A DNA stretch of 64,000 nucleotides, taken from Felis catus. Taxonomy: Eukaryota. Both the position numbers and the translations under genes were made by a program. The first letter of the stretch is position 1. Every line of letters begins with the position of its first letter. Below are positions 33,215 to 46,099 of this stretch, one piece after another. The stretch spans positions 230,332,001-230,396,000 of the forward strand of contig NC_058368.1 of NCBI RefSeq assembly GCF_018350175.1, read 5' to 3'. Below the pieces are notes generated by a model. It worked only from the letters and a program-made list of their open reading frames with translations, ran no database searches and was not told the origin of the DNA.

Positions 33215-35254
33215 TCTCCAAGCACTTTAAATGAGAGTGGCCATTTTCTGAGGCCACATGTTCTGGTGATTTTCCAGAGGTGACTGAACATAGTATCCCA
33301 TGCTCCGGGAACAGTGACTGCATCAGGATTTGGCACCTGCCCCAGGTGGAGCGCCTGAGAGCCCTTCCCTGGCTTGGAACCCAAGAGAATGGTCCTCATT
33401 TATCTCTCGTGGTAAAGGGTGAGGAGCGGGAGCCAAGCGTGGCCTTGGGAGAGATGAGAGAAGCAGAGACAGGCCCAGGAGAGAGGAACCCTGGGGCTCC
33501 TTCCTGCTCCTCTGTTACGGACGCTCACGTGCTGTGATGAAGCCGCTGTTGCTGTTTGCTTGTTGCCTTTTCCTCTTGTATTGTTGTCACTTACATCCAA
33601 AGGGTTTTGACTGATACAGGAGAATGCCTGAGGACTTGATCTGTGGGAGAATTCATCCCTGCTCGTGCAGAACACTGCACTGATGGTGAGGAATTGCTCT
33701 ATTGTGAGTAGACCATGGATCACTCCCCCAGTTCTCCACTGTTCTTCTTTGGCCAAGTTTAATTTGATAAGGCGAGATACCATATGCAGCCTAGTTATAA
33801 CATGTGGCCTGTTTTCCTTTGTGCTACTAAACAGTGGCTCTTTCACCGAGAAACAGCATCAGAGCCTGAGGTCAGGGTATGGGCACCCACAACCATCGGA
33901 GTAAAAATAAAGAAGGCAATATATTTTGTACCTGTCACGGACATTTGATGGTCTCTTGCAGGATTGTGTCGGGTACTGTGTTAGGTGCTCCGGATGCTAA
34001 GAAGAATGAAACAGGTTTCATCTTGAGGCATCAGAGCCTCATAAAGAAATGACCGCTTAAGGATCTACTGAGGCCCGTGCTGGCAACATGTGGCGGGGAC
34101 ATGGCCCCGGGGGGGCGGGCAGCCTACCAAAGCTTGCGGTCAAGGGGAACAGACTGGAGCTGGGACTGGTGGCTTGTCCTTAACTCTACAAAGGGACCAT
34201 TAAGTATGAAGACACGTGGTTCCTTTCAGGGCAATAGAGCAAGAAGAATGTGTTGGCAGAAGCAGGACTGATGATTTGAAGGGGGGACAAAAAGCCTCGA
34301 GTATGTAAGAGATCAAGAAATGGAACAAAAGCTATGTCTTCCCAACTATTTTATGACTTTTAATTTGTATTCTAATTCTGAATACGAAAGCGTAATGTTA
34401 CTAAAAGGGCACACGACATCTTAGTAAACATTTTCTGAAAAAAATAACACGACACACAATTTTTTATTTATATTGCATCTTCCGTTAGCTACTAAGAGTA
34501 ATGGGCTATGGAGTCAGTCTGTGGTCTGACATTTGATCATGAATTTGACACAGAATCGTAAAAGTCTCTGGGAGGCAGGAGAACTTCCACGTCATTCATT
34601 CATGTCCACTCCATTATTGTACCGAGAAAGGGAGCCACGGAGAGGAGGTATGAGTTCTTCAAATTCCCGTGAAGACTCATTGAGACTAGTAATTTTCAAA
34701 CTGCAGATTGCAACCTACTAAGTTGTGAAATCAGTTTTGTAAAACATGGTGTTGCGAGCGAGAGCATATGGCAGAATGGTGATGTCACATTGCATCACAT
34801 GTAGGAAGAACGAAGTTTTATGGTCTTTTTCTTCATTTACGTGTCCAATCAGCATCTAGTAAATAGTGATATACATATGTAGATGCATACACGCGAGTGT
34901 TCTCCAGGTGCCAAGTAAAATGTACTTTTCACCATAGGTTGCAAAATAAAAGTGGTGGGGAAAAAAATGGTGGTCAGGTGCTGTGGCCAGAGTCCCGGTG
35001 GACTTCTGGTCAGCCGACCACTCAGCTGCTTGGGAAACATCAGGGTTCTCAGGAGTCCAGGCTGATGTTCAGCCCGCGGTGAATCCTGACCATCTTCGGG
35101 CTGGCATCTTCTTCCCTCACAGGCCCTTGTTCTTCTCCAGCACCCTCCTCACCCTGCTTCCTTGGCCAGGCCTGTTCTTTCTTCTCTGCGACCACCCTGC
35201 CTTCACCAAGCAGCCTTACAAATTCTTTGGTGTTCTCCCTTCTCTGGCTCTGCC

Positions 35255-35790
35255 CAACGTTTGGACCCCTAATAACAGAACCTGAGACAAGGATTCGGGC
35301 GTGGATTTTGGAGGCGATTCCAGAGAGCAGGGAGAGAGACAAGAAAGGAGGAAAGAATAGTCTAAAGGTCCCCCATCAAGGTCATTGCTGACGGTGTGGA
35401 GTGAGGGCTTGATGTGCTAATCCTTCTCAGTAGCATGAGCAGCGCCTGCCCCAGGGGCCCGGGGTTGGGGGTAGGGGGTGGGGAGTGGCTGCTATCTGTT
35501 AACGACCAGCTTCCAGCGGCTGCAGGGTGCCTGGGGAGCATTAAGTTCCTGCACTTCTGGACTGTGTGTCCGTGTAGCCAGGTGGACTGGCATGGCTTTG
35601 GTGCCCTAGGCAGAAAGCTACAAGATCATGGCAGCTACTCAAGAGCTCATCTGAGCTCACAGGGAAACGTCCCGTGGAGCAGAGGCTGAAATCAGAGGGA
35701 GCCATGCGGCACCAGGAAGCTTCTGCTCCGCCCCCTGTGGCACACCCATCATGTCTGTCACACAACTGGGACTTGGGTGCTGTCCACCTC
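35255..35790 (-). mobile_element. LTR16-like ERVL LTR
   Basis: cagaacctgagacaaggatt and ttaagttcctgcacttctgg motifs. Confidence 0.6.
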
Positions 35791-38224
35791 ATGAAGTAAT
35801 AGCAGCCAGAGTGGAATCAGGATCCTGAGTCCTAACACAAGCCTGTTCCTCCCACCGCCCCATACTGCCGCCATCACAGCTTTTGGCTTTAAAAATTTTT
35901 TGGCGTGTTCTTCTTTTGTTAGACTAATTTATCTGATATTCCCTTGAGGGCCCTTGTTTTGTAGTATAGAAAACTGTATTTACAAGTGAGAATGATTTGT
36001 TTTCTACACAGAAAAGCCATTCTTTCTATCTCCTTTGAATTATTTAGTTTTTCTTTGAAGGATGCTGAACATAAAGGTTCATTTACATCCCAGCTTCTCC
36101 TAACTGATCACTTCAGGAATCCGGCAGCTGGCGAAGGCAGCCTGGAAATTAAGTATGCTGCTGGCAGGCAGGATAAAGCACCGGGAGCCCCAGTCCCTCA
36201 TACAGAAGAGGCCCCCATTCAGGTGGGTTCTCCAGAGCACACATATGTATCAGGCTTATCTCCTCCTGAAGTGAGGGCTCAAACACAAGTGATTTCATAC
36301 ATGTAGGAAGATTTAGTGCCTTAGAACCTGCTAGGTTTTAATGTTTTCTTCTTCCCTTGGTGGAATTCAGAGGTGCGAAATCCTAATGATAGACTTTTCA
36401 GATTTATAAGCAAATAGGTGCCATGTGGACTTTTTCCAGAGCTCGCTTTTCTCGGCGTAGATTGGTTCACTGATTGTATGTGTATGATGGAGAGGCAGGG
36501 GATTTTTGTTACCCCAGTTAACCTCTGTTTTCCTGGGACTCGTGACAAGTGGATGTCTCCTTGCACTGATTTCTGTTGTGGGTGTACAAAGAAGCACTTT
36601 GCCGTCCATCTGGACACCCGATCATCGAAATAAGGGTTCTCTTTCTGAGGGGCCATTTCTCTTCGCGTTCTGTTTTCTTCCTGCACCGTGAAGATGACAG
36701 GTTAGGAGCCCGAAGCCAGGTGTTAACTTCTCTGCTCCCCAAGGGCCATCCCTGCCTTGCTGTCTCCGCCAGGCAGCACCCTGCTGGAAGGAAGGGTCTA
36801 TGTCTTATTTCGCGCTGTCCCCAGACCCCGGCTCAGGGCCAGGCATGTAATAGGGACTTTGCCACTTTGAGCAGCAGCTCAGATCACGGCATCCTTGATA
36901 TCCCCCAAGTAACCCTTCTAAGCTTACAGCGTAGATGCTGCTGAAGTTTTATGTTTGTTTTCATTGTGCAAGCACATGTAATCAACCTGAAATATGATAG
37001 TGTCCAAAACTGCCCATCCTCTGTTCCCTGTTCCCTTTAAACAAGTTAGTTCTTAACCTTCAGTCCCATTCTGCCCTCCAGGCTGTTTCATTTCCATAAT
37101 GAACCTCAATTAGCTTACCCCTGTAGTACCTTAAATACTAGTCTACCTCCATGAATTTGTCCAGAGCTCATGGCAGGCAGAACTAGGTGTGTCAAAAGAT
37201 CTGTGCACAACCAAGCCCACTGCATAGGTTCGCCATAAAGTGAAATAACTATCTGATGGCTGCTAGCCTATATAGTAACTAACACACGTACACTCTCACA
37301 ACACACAAAGACTGATTTACATCACAAGGATTTTAATTAGAATTTTATTAACATAATTGACATGGTGTTAAAATTAATTAGCAATTGTTTTTCCCAAGTC
37401 ATCTTTAAAGAAATTACTTGAAGGCACTCTAGAAGATATTTTATGAGCTGTTTCTGTACAAAAAGAAGAATGTGAATGTAGATGATTTGCAATATATCAG
37501 TGTCATTTGGTGTTTGTGTTTCTTTTGGAATCCCGATCTCATAGGACTTTAAATATAGAACAGGCAGCCCCCGTGCCACATCACCTTAAAATATTGGTGT
37601 GATATTTTATGCAAAAAGAGAAATCACCTGCAGCCGTGGATCTGCCTACAGTCGCATAATAACTTAGAATGCATTGAATTATTTGTCATACCTGAATGAT
37701 GTCTGACACGGTCCAGAAACCAGTACAGCATATTTTTCTCTAATTTGTAATGAAAAAACACATTGTAAATTTTAATACACATCAGAATATAAATTATTTT
37801 CTGTTACAAAATAAAAATAAAAGAAATGACAGCCTGGGGAAAATAGGTAATTTGCATTTATTGTATCAACTGACTGATGTGGAGTTTTTATTCTAATATA
37901 ACACTTTTATATAGTCTTCAGAACTGGTCCAGTGATTCAAATTATAATTGAGGAAGATCGACTCCTCTTGTGCTAGAAGATGAAGCATATTCACTTTCTT
38001 AAAAAATGAAACTCACTTTAAAGGTAGCTCTCAGAATTGTCCAAGTCTGTCCCCCAGCACTTTTTTCATCTTAATATGACTTTTTTTTAAAACCATTCCG
38101 TACAGCACTGTCTTTATGCACACTCATGGTTAAGCAGGACACCGTCAAATGCAGATCGATGTGTGTCATTCACACGTGTGTGTGCCCGTGTACTGCCTCG
38201 TGCGTTTTAAACATTGACATCTTC

Positions 38225-38549
38225 AGCGACAAGACCAAAATGTGCAGGGTCGGCCTGGGGATTTCGTAGGTTGGAGACCCAGGAGAGAGCTGCACTTTGA
38301 GTCCGAAGGCAATCTGTGGACAGAATTCCCTCTTCTTCCCAAAAAGTCAGTCTTCTTAATTCAGGCCTTCTACTGATTAGATGAGCCCCACCCACATTAT
38401 GAAGAACGATGTGCTTTACTCAGTGTCTACTGACTTAAACGTTAATCTCACCTACAAGAATACTTTCACAGAAATATCTAGAATAATGTTTGACCAAATC
38501 TTTGAATATCCTGGCTTAGCCAAGTTGACCCATAAAATTAACCATAACA
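38225..38549 (-). mobile_element. MLT2 (ERVL) LTR
   Basis: gattagatgagccccacccacattatg...gccaagttgacccataaaattaaccataaca. Confidence 0.85.
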
Positions 38550-38559
38550 GCACCGTATT

Positions 38560-39700
38560 ACATCGAAATGGATATGGTTGTAGATGTAGATCCACCTGAA
38601 ACTTACTTTTTTGATTCAGCATTGTTCCTGAGCTTTATCCACATGGATGTGTGTATGCGTATTTCATGCATCCTTCTGCTTTGTAGTATCCCATTGCATA
38701 CGTAGACCACAGAGCATTTCTCTGTTCTTTGATAGATATTCAGATGGTTTCCATGCTCTTCTTAGTGGATATTTAGCAAGTAGTGACTGCCCTCTGTGTG
38801 TGTCCTTGGATGGACGTGGGACATTATAATTGCTGGACCAGAAGGCCGTTCATCTTCCAATTTAAGAGTTACCTTTTATTTGTTGTCTAAAATGGTTGTG
38901 CCAATTTTCACTCCTGTTCTCAGTTTACGTCCAGCTCTTCCTGTAGTCAGCCTTTTAAATCTTTGCCACCTTGATGGGTCTGTTGTTTCACTTTATCCCT
39001 GAAGTTCAGCATGTGTTCAGCATGTTGCCTGTGAACTACCTGTTTATAGCCCCTTCCCTTTTACGGTTGGATTACTTGTGAGGACTCTGGAATCAGGCTA
39101 CCTGGAGAAGATCCCACGTGTCCTAGTCATATGAAATTGCTCAAATTTAATCTTTATTATCAGTAACTTCATTGAATCTTCAAAATAAGACTAATACAGT
39201 TACCTACTTTGTTAGAGGTGTTGTATTTTCTTAATTAATTAATATATTTAAAGTACTCAAATGGGGTTGGCTCAAAAAATGAAATCCGTTATTAATATAC
39301 AGGGAAGATATTTATGCATTCTTGATATTATCTAGATTGTGACCTATTCTTCCAATCTGTGATACATATCTTTATGTTATTTTTTAACTTTTAAATTTCA
39401 GTGTATTCAAATTTTGTCCTTTATATATTCTTTTAAAGGAATCATACCCTACGCTCAATTCATACTGTCATTCTCCTTTATTATTGGAATAGTTAAGATT
39501 TAACCCTTCAGATTTGTTCTCTAATGTATTGCGCACTTACTATTGGGTATAGTGTGAGGTAGGGATCTAACTTTATTATTATTTTCTTCATATGAATATC
39601 ACTTGCTAGAAAAGCACTTCTTTTTTTCAGTATCTTTGCCTCCTTTATTTGTAATATTACTTTTGCCTTCAGGATGTGGCATCCTCATTTACCAACATCC
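38560..39700 (-). mobile_element. Old L1M fragments with a MIR at about 39075-39290
   Basis: Diverged antisense L1 motifs (atagtgtgaggtagggatctaacttt). Confidence 0.55.
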
Positions 39701-39753
39701 ACCTATGCTGTCTTATACACGCTTACATTAAGGTGCGTATCCTTAATGATTTT

Positions 39754-39980
39754 TATTTTGTTTCATTTTTTAGCGTTTATTCATTTTTGAGAGACAGAGA
39801 GAGACAGGGTGTGAGTGGGGGAGGGGCAGAGAGAGAGAGAGGGAGACACACACTCCAAAGCAGGTTCCAGGCTCCGAGCTGTCAGCACAGAGCCCAACAC
39901 GGGGCTCCAAGTCACAAACCGCGAGATCGTGACCTAAGCTGAAGTCGGACGCTCAACCGACTGAGCCACCCAGGCTCCCC
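39754..39980 (-). mobile_element. Can-SINE
   Basis: Perfect TSD tatccttaatgatttt. Confidence 0.96.
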
Positions 39981-41014
39981 TATCCTTAATGATTTTAAAA
40001 TCACCTTGTGTTTAACACATATGTGCAGGTCTCCCCTGCCCCACTCCAAGAAATACACCCCTGCTTTCAGTCCTCAACTACCTTCTTTACTCCTGTGGGG
40101 AGCACGTAAGGCTTCAGGTCTCACAGGAGCTAAAGAGGACTCAGGTTGGAAGGGGAGGAAGAAGATGGCTCGGGGGTGGGGGCTCTCTCTGGTTCAGCTC
40201 TCCTGCTGTCAGGCCAGCTTGTGGCAGAATGGCCACCTGCCCGCTCTCTGAAGGGACGAGGGGAAAACCACCCACTTTTTAGGCCCCTAAACTTAAGGGG
40301 GCAGAAAGTATAGACGGGCACCTCACACTAGCATCCATGGGACTCTCCCCAGGTTTTTGCCCAGAACGCTTCCCCCTGGTCGAGAGGGAATTACATCTGG
40401 CGTTACTTCCACATCTAAGGCTCTTGGTAACTTCTCTAAGCCAGGCTTATGTTCGATTTGCAAAGCCAAGTTTTTCTTTATCATTCCAAAAACCTTCTTT
40501 CCCCCCCGCCAGAGCTTTCCTTCCAACAAGTACACTTTGGCTGTCAGACTCGTGTCTTCACTTCAAAAAACTCTTCTTGGAAACGCAAAGCAGGTTGTTG
40601 ACATGCATCGCACAAAGGATGTGAAGTGTGTTCTTCCTTAATGCTCTTAAGCACCTGCCTTGCACTGTTGCCTAAAAGTCAGGGCTGGTCAACACAAAAT
40701 GCCCTAAAATTAAATAATAACGACGCTCATAAGAAAATAATTCAAGGGGAAAAAGCATGCTAGAAGAGTGTTCAAGACAATGCAGATTTCACTTAATAAA
40801 AGAATCAGACTAAAAAAATGATTACGCATTATGGGGCTTTCCGATTGTGATTCTTACAAGCTACTTCTCAAATGACATCTTCTGATTTAATCCATGCATA
40901 CCAACAGCCACATTACACCTCGGTAGTTGTGTTTAGGCCCAATCTGATTTTTTTTCTCCCAGCCACATGTGTCACAAACAAAAGGAAACAGCAGTGTGAG
41001 TAGTAAAAACTTCC

Positions 41015-41242
41015 TTTTTTATTTAAAAAATTTTTTAAACATGTATTCATTTTTGCGCAGCAGAGAGACCGAGCACAAGCGGGGGTGGGTCAGAGAGAGA
41101 GAGGGAGACACAGAATCGGAAGCAGGCTCCAGGCTCCGAGCTGCCAGCACAGAGCCGGATGTGGGGCTCGAACCCACAGACCATGATATCATGACCTGAG
41201 CCAAAGTCAGATGCTTAACTGACTGAGCCACCCAGGCGCCCC
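41015..41242 (-). mobile_element. Can-SINE
   Basis: Head and (GA)n; approximate TSD aaaaMttcctt. Confidence 0.95.
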
Positions 41243-41479
41243 AAAAATTCCTTGTTGAAAGTAATATTGTGAAGTTCGGAGGAGATAGTCAGTGAAGTCT
41301 GGAACTGCAGGACCACCCGCCAGGGAGAAGGCGTCCGTCCCTGATGGGGTGGGTGGCCTAAGGAGGATGTACCTGTGAGGGTGTTTAATGAGCATATGGT
41401 GAGAGCCAGAGGTGCCCTGAACTTTGGCCTGCCTCCACCCTTTTCCAGGATGACTTTTAGACTGGGGTCTGCCAGAGAG

Positions 41480-41910
41480 AACCAGAGTTGGACTGCAGTT
41501 CAAACCATAAAAGCAGATCTTACCCAGAAACGATTGCAGTAGGGGAAGAGAGGCCTGGGTGCGGAACCGGGCTCAGTTTTGAGCACAGCCCGGACTGGTG
41601 GGGATTGGGGCCGAGGAGGCCAGGGGATGGCAGATGGCTAGAGGCCGCACCTAGGGCAGGGGGCCTTGCTGCCAAACTGACTCGGCAGGATGCTTGCTCC
41701 GGGCAGCCAGCGTGCTCCCGTCTCACCGGGGAGCCAGTGGGGATGAAGAATTTGACGAGGTACGATCCGAGGGTGGGGCGTTCCCTCCAAACCGGCAGCA
41801 GGCTTCTTGCCCAAAGTGGAGGCGGCCAGGACAAGGGCCAAGGTGAAGGCTTACCTGACAAAGGGCCCAGAGAAGCCTGACTAAAAGTTCCACCAGGGAG
41901 AGTCTTTGTC
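41480..41910 (-). mobile_element. MER67/MER31-like ERV1 LTR
   Basis: Minus-strand start gacaaagactctc...ttttagtcaggc. Confidence 0.65.
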
Positions 41911-42382
41911 CGTCCACAAATGCTTGTGACATAAAGGCAGCCCCGTTTTCCTTTCTGCTGTCACCTCACCTCACCCAGCCGGCGAGAGAGACAGAGGTGC
42001 TGAGAGCACACACGTGTGCTAGTCGGCTGGAGCCTGAGAGTGAGACCTGCCCTTCGTGACCTCACGGCCACTGGCCTCCCCACCGCCCACACCCCCCCGT
42101 GACCCGTACCGCCCTCAGCCCACGCCCCCGCGGCCCACACTGGGCGCTCGGTGCTAACAGCTCTGTGCTGCTTCAGACCATCAAACGGCCCAGAGGGCAG
42201 GCCATGTACCACGAGCTCTCCGTGGGCCTGAAGACTTCCCACAGCACAAGAGTGCCCCGTGCGTCCCTCACAGACATGGCCCACGGGGGAGAAGAGGGGG
42301 GACTCAGGCCCGGCACTTCGCTCTGCTGTGTGGTGGGAGCCTGCGGGGCTTTCTCTGCAAAGTGACCGCCTCCGCGTTAGAG

Positions 42383-43110
42383 TGTCGTAGACTCTGGGTC
42401 TGGAGTTCTTTCTTGTCCGGCAAGAGAGTGGACGCAGGATTGAAATGCGAGAGAGGCTAATGCCCGGGAGGAGACAAAAGCCCCGAGTCCGGGTCCTTGC
42501 TCCATTTTTATTAGGATCAGGAGGCTTACAAGCATGACGGGCGTGCACAGAGAGACAAACCGTGAACGTTAACTCGTGGGCGTGGGGGAAAGGGGGTTTT
42601 GAAGATATGCGGTGTTAGGGGTGTGGGTCAGTACAAGACAGAATCCTGGCACCCGGCAGATGGTTGTTTACAGCAGGCACGAGGTGCCACGTCTGTTTTT
42701 CTTAGCCAGCCTAGGGGATAAGACAGATAGAGCCTGCTACCTCAGGGTCAACAAGCCTTTCTTTTGCTAATTAGCTCCATTCCGGGCAACTTGGGCCTGC
42801 TGTGGTCTAAGGTCCTATTTCCGTGTTTACTTATTTTGGTCCTTCCTTCCTGTGAAAGCAGCTTTCTACTATTGTACTAAGTTTGGGGGCGTTTCCACCC
42901 TTAATACCTAATCTTGTTTACCTCATTTTTGATGCTTTCATCCTGAGGCTCTTCTATTCCTATATATTTGTCCTATACTGGGGCCTTTGCCCTGTTTACC
43001 TAATCTGTTTTACCTAATCTTGGATGCCTACATCCTGTGGCTTTCTATTTCTTTGTGTCTTGTTAACCCATTGGTACAAGCTCAGGGAATTCCTCAGTTT
43101 ATTCCCCACA
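42383..43110 (-). mobile_element. Solo retroviral LTR (728 bp), probably class II-like
   Basis: Minus strand TGTGGGGA...CGACA; 6-bp TSD ttagag/tcagag; internal direct repeats. Confidence 0.8.
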
Positions 43111-43302
43111 TCAGAGGAACAGTTTTATGGTGAAGTGTCCTAATACCCAACATTTCCAAAATTTCACTGCAAGGGAATCGGACAAGGAACACAATTCCAC
43201 GCTAATTGGAGGAGGTGAACAAATGCATGAGGCCAGTGTTGTGGGACCGCCAGTTTAGCTGGGATTCATTTTCCTTAGTTTTATATAATTCAAGTCAGTA
43301 CT

Positions 43303-43560
43303 GGGGCGCCTGGGCGGCTCAGTCGGTTGAGCATCTGACTCTTGATTTCGGCTGAGGTCATGATCCTAGGGTCATGGGATCGAGCCCCGCCTAGGGCTTC
43401 ACATTAAGTGTGGAGCCTGCTTGGGATTCTCTCATGAGATTCTCTCTCTCTTCCTCTGCCCCTCCCCAAATTTTGATCTTTGGAAATGAAGGAAGGAAGG
43501 AAGAAAGGAAAGGAGAGAGGGAGAAAAGAAGAAACAAAGGGAAGGAGGGAGGAAGGAAGG
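43303..43560 (+). mobile_element. Can-SINE with GGAA-rich tail
   Basis: TSD tcaagtcagYact. Confidence 0.92.
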
Positions 43561-43790
43561 AATCAAGTCAGCACTGAATTTTTTATATGTGATTGAATTA
43601 TTTTCTATCTTTTGTAGAAATTACTCAATAACCTAAGATGTATTTCTTTAAATTGGTCTCCTTATTTTAAATTACAAATTTATTAAGTCCCTTCTGTTTT
43701 TTTGTCCTGGATTTACAACGGCAGGAAGCAGGTACTACTTTTTGGTTGACTTTCACTCTTCACATCAAAGGCAACACCAAGACTTTCTTT

Positions 43791-44026
43791 TTTTTTTTTT
43801 TTTTTTTTTTAATTTTTTTTTTTCAACGTTTATTTATTTTTGGGACAGAGAGAGACAGAGCATGAATGGGCGAGGGGCAGAGAGAGAGAGAGACACAGAA
43901 TCGGAAACAGGCTCCAGGCTCTGAGCCATCAGCCCAGAGCCCGACGCGGGGCTTGAACTCACGGACCGCGAGATCGTGACCTGGCTGAAGTTGGATGCTT
44001 AACCGACTGCGCCACCCAGGTGCCCC
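43791..44026 (-). mobile_element. Can-SINE, young felid subfamily
   Basis: Perfect TSD caccaagactttcttt; long poly(T). Confidence 0.97.
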
Positions 44027-44181
44027 CACCAAGACTTTCTTTATTTGTATGCTGGGCGTGGACAAGCTATTACAGCTCCAGTACAGGAGGGGACAAAATC
44101 CATACTGTATCTTACTTAAAAGACAGGATTCATCTACAAGTTAACTACTGGATTAAGCAGTGTGGTTAAAAATTGCTCACT

Positions 44182-44388
44182 GGGGGGTCTGGGGGGCTCA
44201 GTCAGTTAAGCATCTGACTTCAGCCCAGGTCATGATCTCATGGTTTGTGGGCCCCTGCACTGGGCCCTGTGCTGACAGCTCAGAGCCTGGAACCGGCTTT
44301 GGATTCTGTGTCTCCCTCTCTCTCTGCCCCTCCCCTGCTCGTGCTCTGTCTCTCTCTCTGTCTCTCAAAAATAAATAAATGTAAAAAA
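44182..44388 (+). mobile_element. Can-SINE
   Basis: TSD aaaaaWtgctca. Confidence 0.95.
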
Positions 44389-45169
44389 AAAAATGCTCAG
44401 AATTTCTCAAGTGGTTAAAAATAAGGGCGTAGTAAAAGAGCAAATAACAGTTGTAAAGGGGACAGCATTTGGGGAAGATTTTAAGGCGAGCTTTGAGGAT
44501 TTAATCAGGCAAGCTTTTTGGGTCATCTGTAGGGTGTTAATTGGTCACTCTTTGATCTTGAAAAGATGTGAGGAAAAGGAAGTACTATACTGGGGCAAGA
44601 TTTAACATGGTTTTCCAAGTTATGAGTAAAAGGTTTCTGCAAAGATGTATTTGACATACGGATGACACAGTAGCAGGGACATTGATCGTTGTTAGTTAAG
44701 GTTGTAGGTAAACCTGTGTAACAAAGATGAAAAAGTAATAATTTGGAAGTATGAGATTTACTCCTGATTCATTATTCTATAAATATTCAACGCAAGATTA
44801 AATTTGCTCATGAAAGCCTGATTCTTATCACAATTGATTGATTCAAAGAAGAGATGTAAATCGTATCCACTTGGGTGACCTAAGTCAATGTTGATTCCTA
44901 ACACCTAGGAAACACGCGACAGTCACACCTTAGCAGTGTACGTGTCCGAGTGCTGACCACAAGTGGCTGTCCTTGGTGCCCTGTAAACCGAGGCCACAGC
45001 GATCATCTCGGAGCCAGTCGGGTCCACTTTTTAAAAAGGTGCTTTACAAAGGGATACGTGATTCTCTGGACTGTACCAACCCTAAAATCTCTTTGTAGTG
45101 GGTGGATGTGTCAATGCTCAACCCTTTTAAGTCCCCGTATTAAGTATACCTACTTGGTCCTTTATGAAC

Positions 45170-45465
45170 CAGTATTTTTAGGGCAGTGAAACTACTTTGT
45201 TAAACACTATAATGGTGAATGCATGTAATTATACATTTGTCCAAACCCACGGATTGTACATAAGCAAGAGTGAACCCCAACGTAAACTGTGGACTTTGGG
45301 TAGTGATGGTGTCTCGATGTGGGTTTGTCATTTGCAGCAAATGAATCACTCTGGTGGGAGAGTTCGTAGCGGCTGTACATGTGTGAGGGCAGGGGGAATA
45401 GAAACTTCTGCACCTTCTACTCAATCTTGCTATGAACCTAAAACTGCTGTAAAGAATAAAGTCTA
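45170..45465 (+). mobile_element. L1MC-type 3' end
   Basis: tatacatttgtccaaaccca...ctatgaacctaaaactgct...aataaagtcta. Confidence 0.8.
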
Positions 45466-45817
45466 ACCTTTTGCAACAACATGGATGGAACTAGAGTGTA
45501 TTATGTGAAGCGAAAGAAGTCAGTCAGAGAAAGACAAATATATAATGATTTCACTCATATGTGGAATTTAAGAAACAAAACAGATGAACATAGGGGAAGG
45601 GAAGGACAAATAAGATAAAAACAGAGAGAGAGAGAGGGAAACCATAAATACAGAGAACAAACTGAGGGTTGCTGGAGGGGAGGTGGGTGGATGGATGTGC
45701 TAAAGGGTGATGGGCTTTAAGGAAGGCACTTGTTGGGATGAGCACTGGGTATCGCACGTAAGTGATGAATCACTGGGTTCTACTCCTGAAACCAATATAC
45801 ACTGTATGTTAACTAAC
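45466..45817 (+). mobile_element. Carnivore L1 3' fragment lacking poly(A)
   Basis: ORF2 C-terminal atggatggaactagag plus carnivore-type 3' UTR. Confidence 0.9.
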
Positions 45818-45818
45818 C

Positions 45819-46099
45819 CATTAGGCGAGTCCTAATCCAATATGACTAGCACCCTTTTAAGAGGATATTTGAAAACAAGAGAGACAACAGGGATGCGCAT
45901 GCACAGGAGGACGATGTGAGCGCACAGCAAGAAGTCGACCATCTACAAGCCAAGGAGAGAGGTCTCAGAAGAAACCAACCTTGCTGACACCTTGATCTCC
46001 GACTTCCAGTCTCCAAAACCGTGACAAAACAAGTATCTGTTGGTTAAGCCACCCAGTCCATGGTATTTTGTTCTGGCAGCCCTCGCAAACTAATCTACA
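45819..46099 (+). mobile_element. 5'-truncated MLT1A/B LTR
   Basis: caagccaaggagagagg...ttaagccacccagtc. Confidence 0.85.

Noticed and set aside
33400..33846. 148-aa minus-strand ORF with a GTAAGT donor near 33590
   Set aside because: No convincing acceptor or partner exon.
41488..42548. ORFs of 113-195 aa
   Set aside because: GC-rich LTR-overlapping sequence with no domain or splice support.
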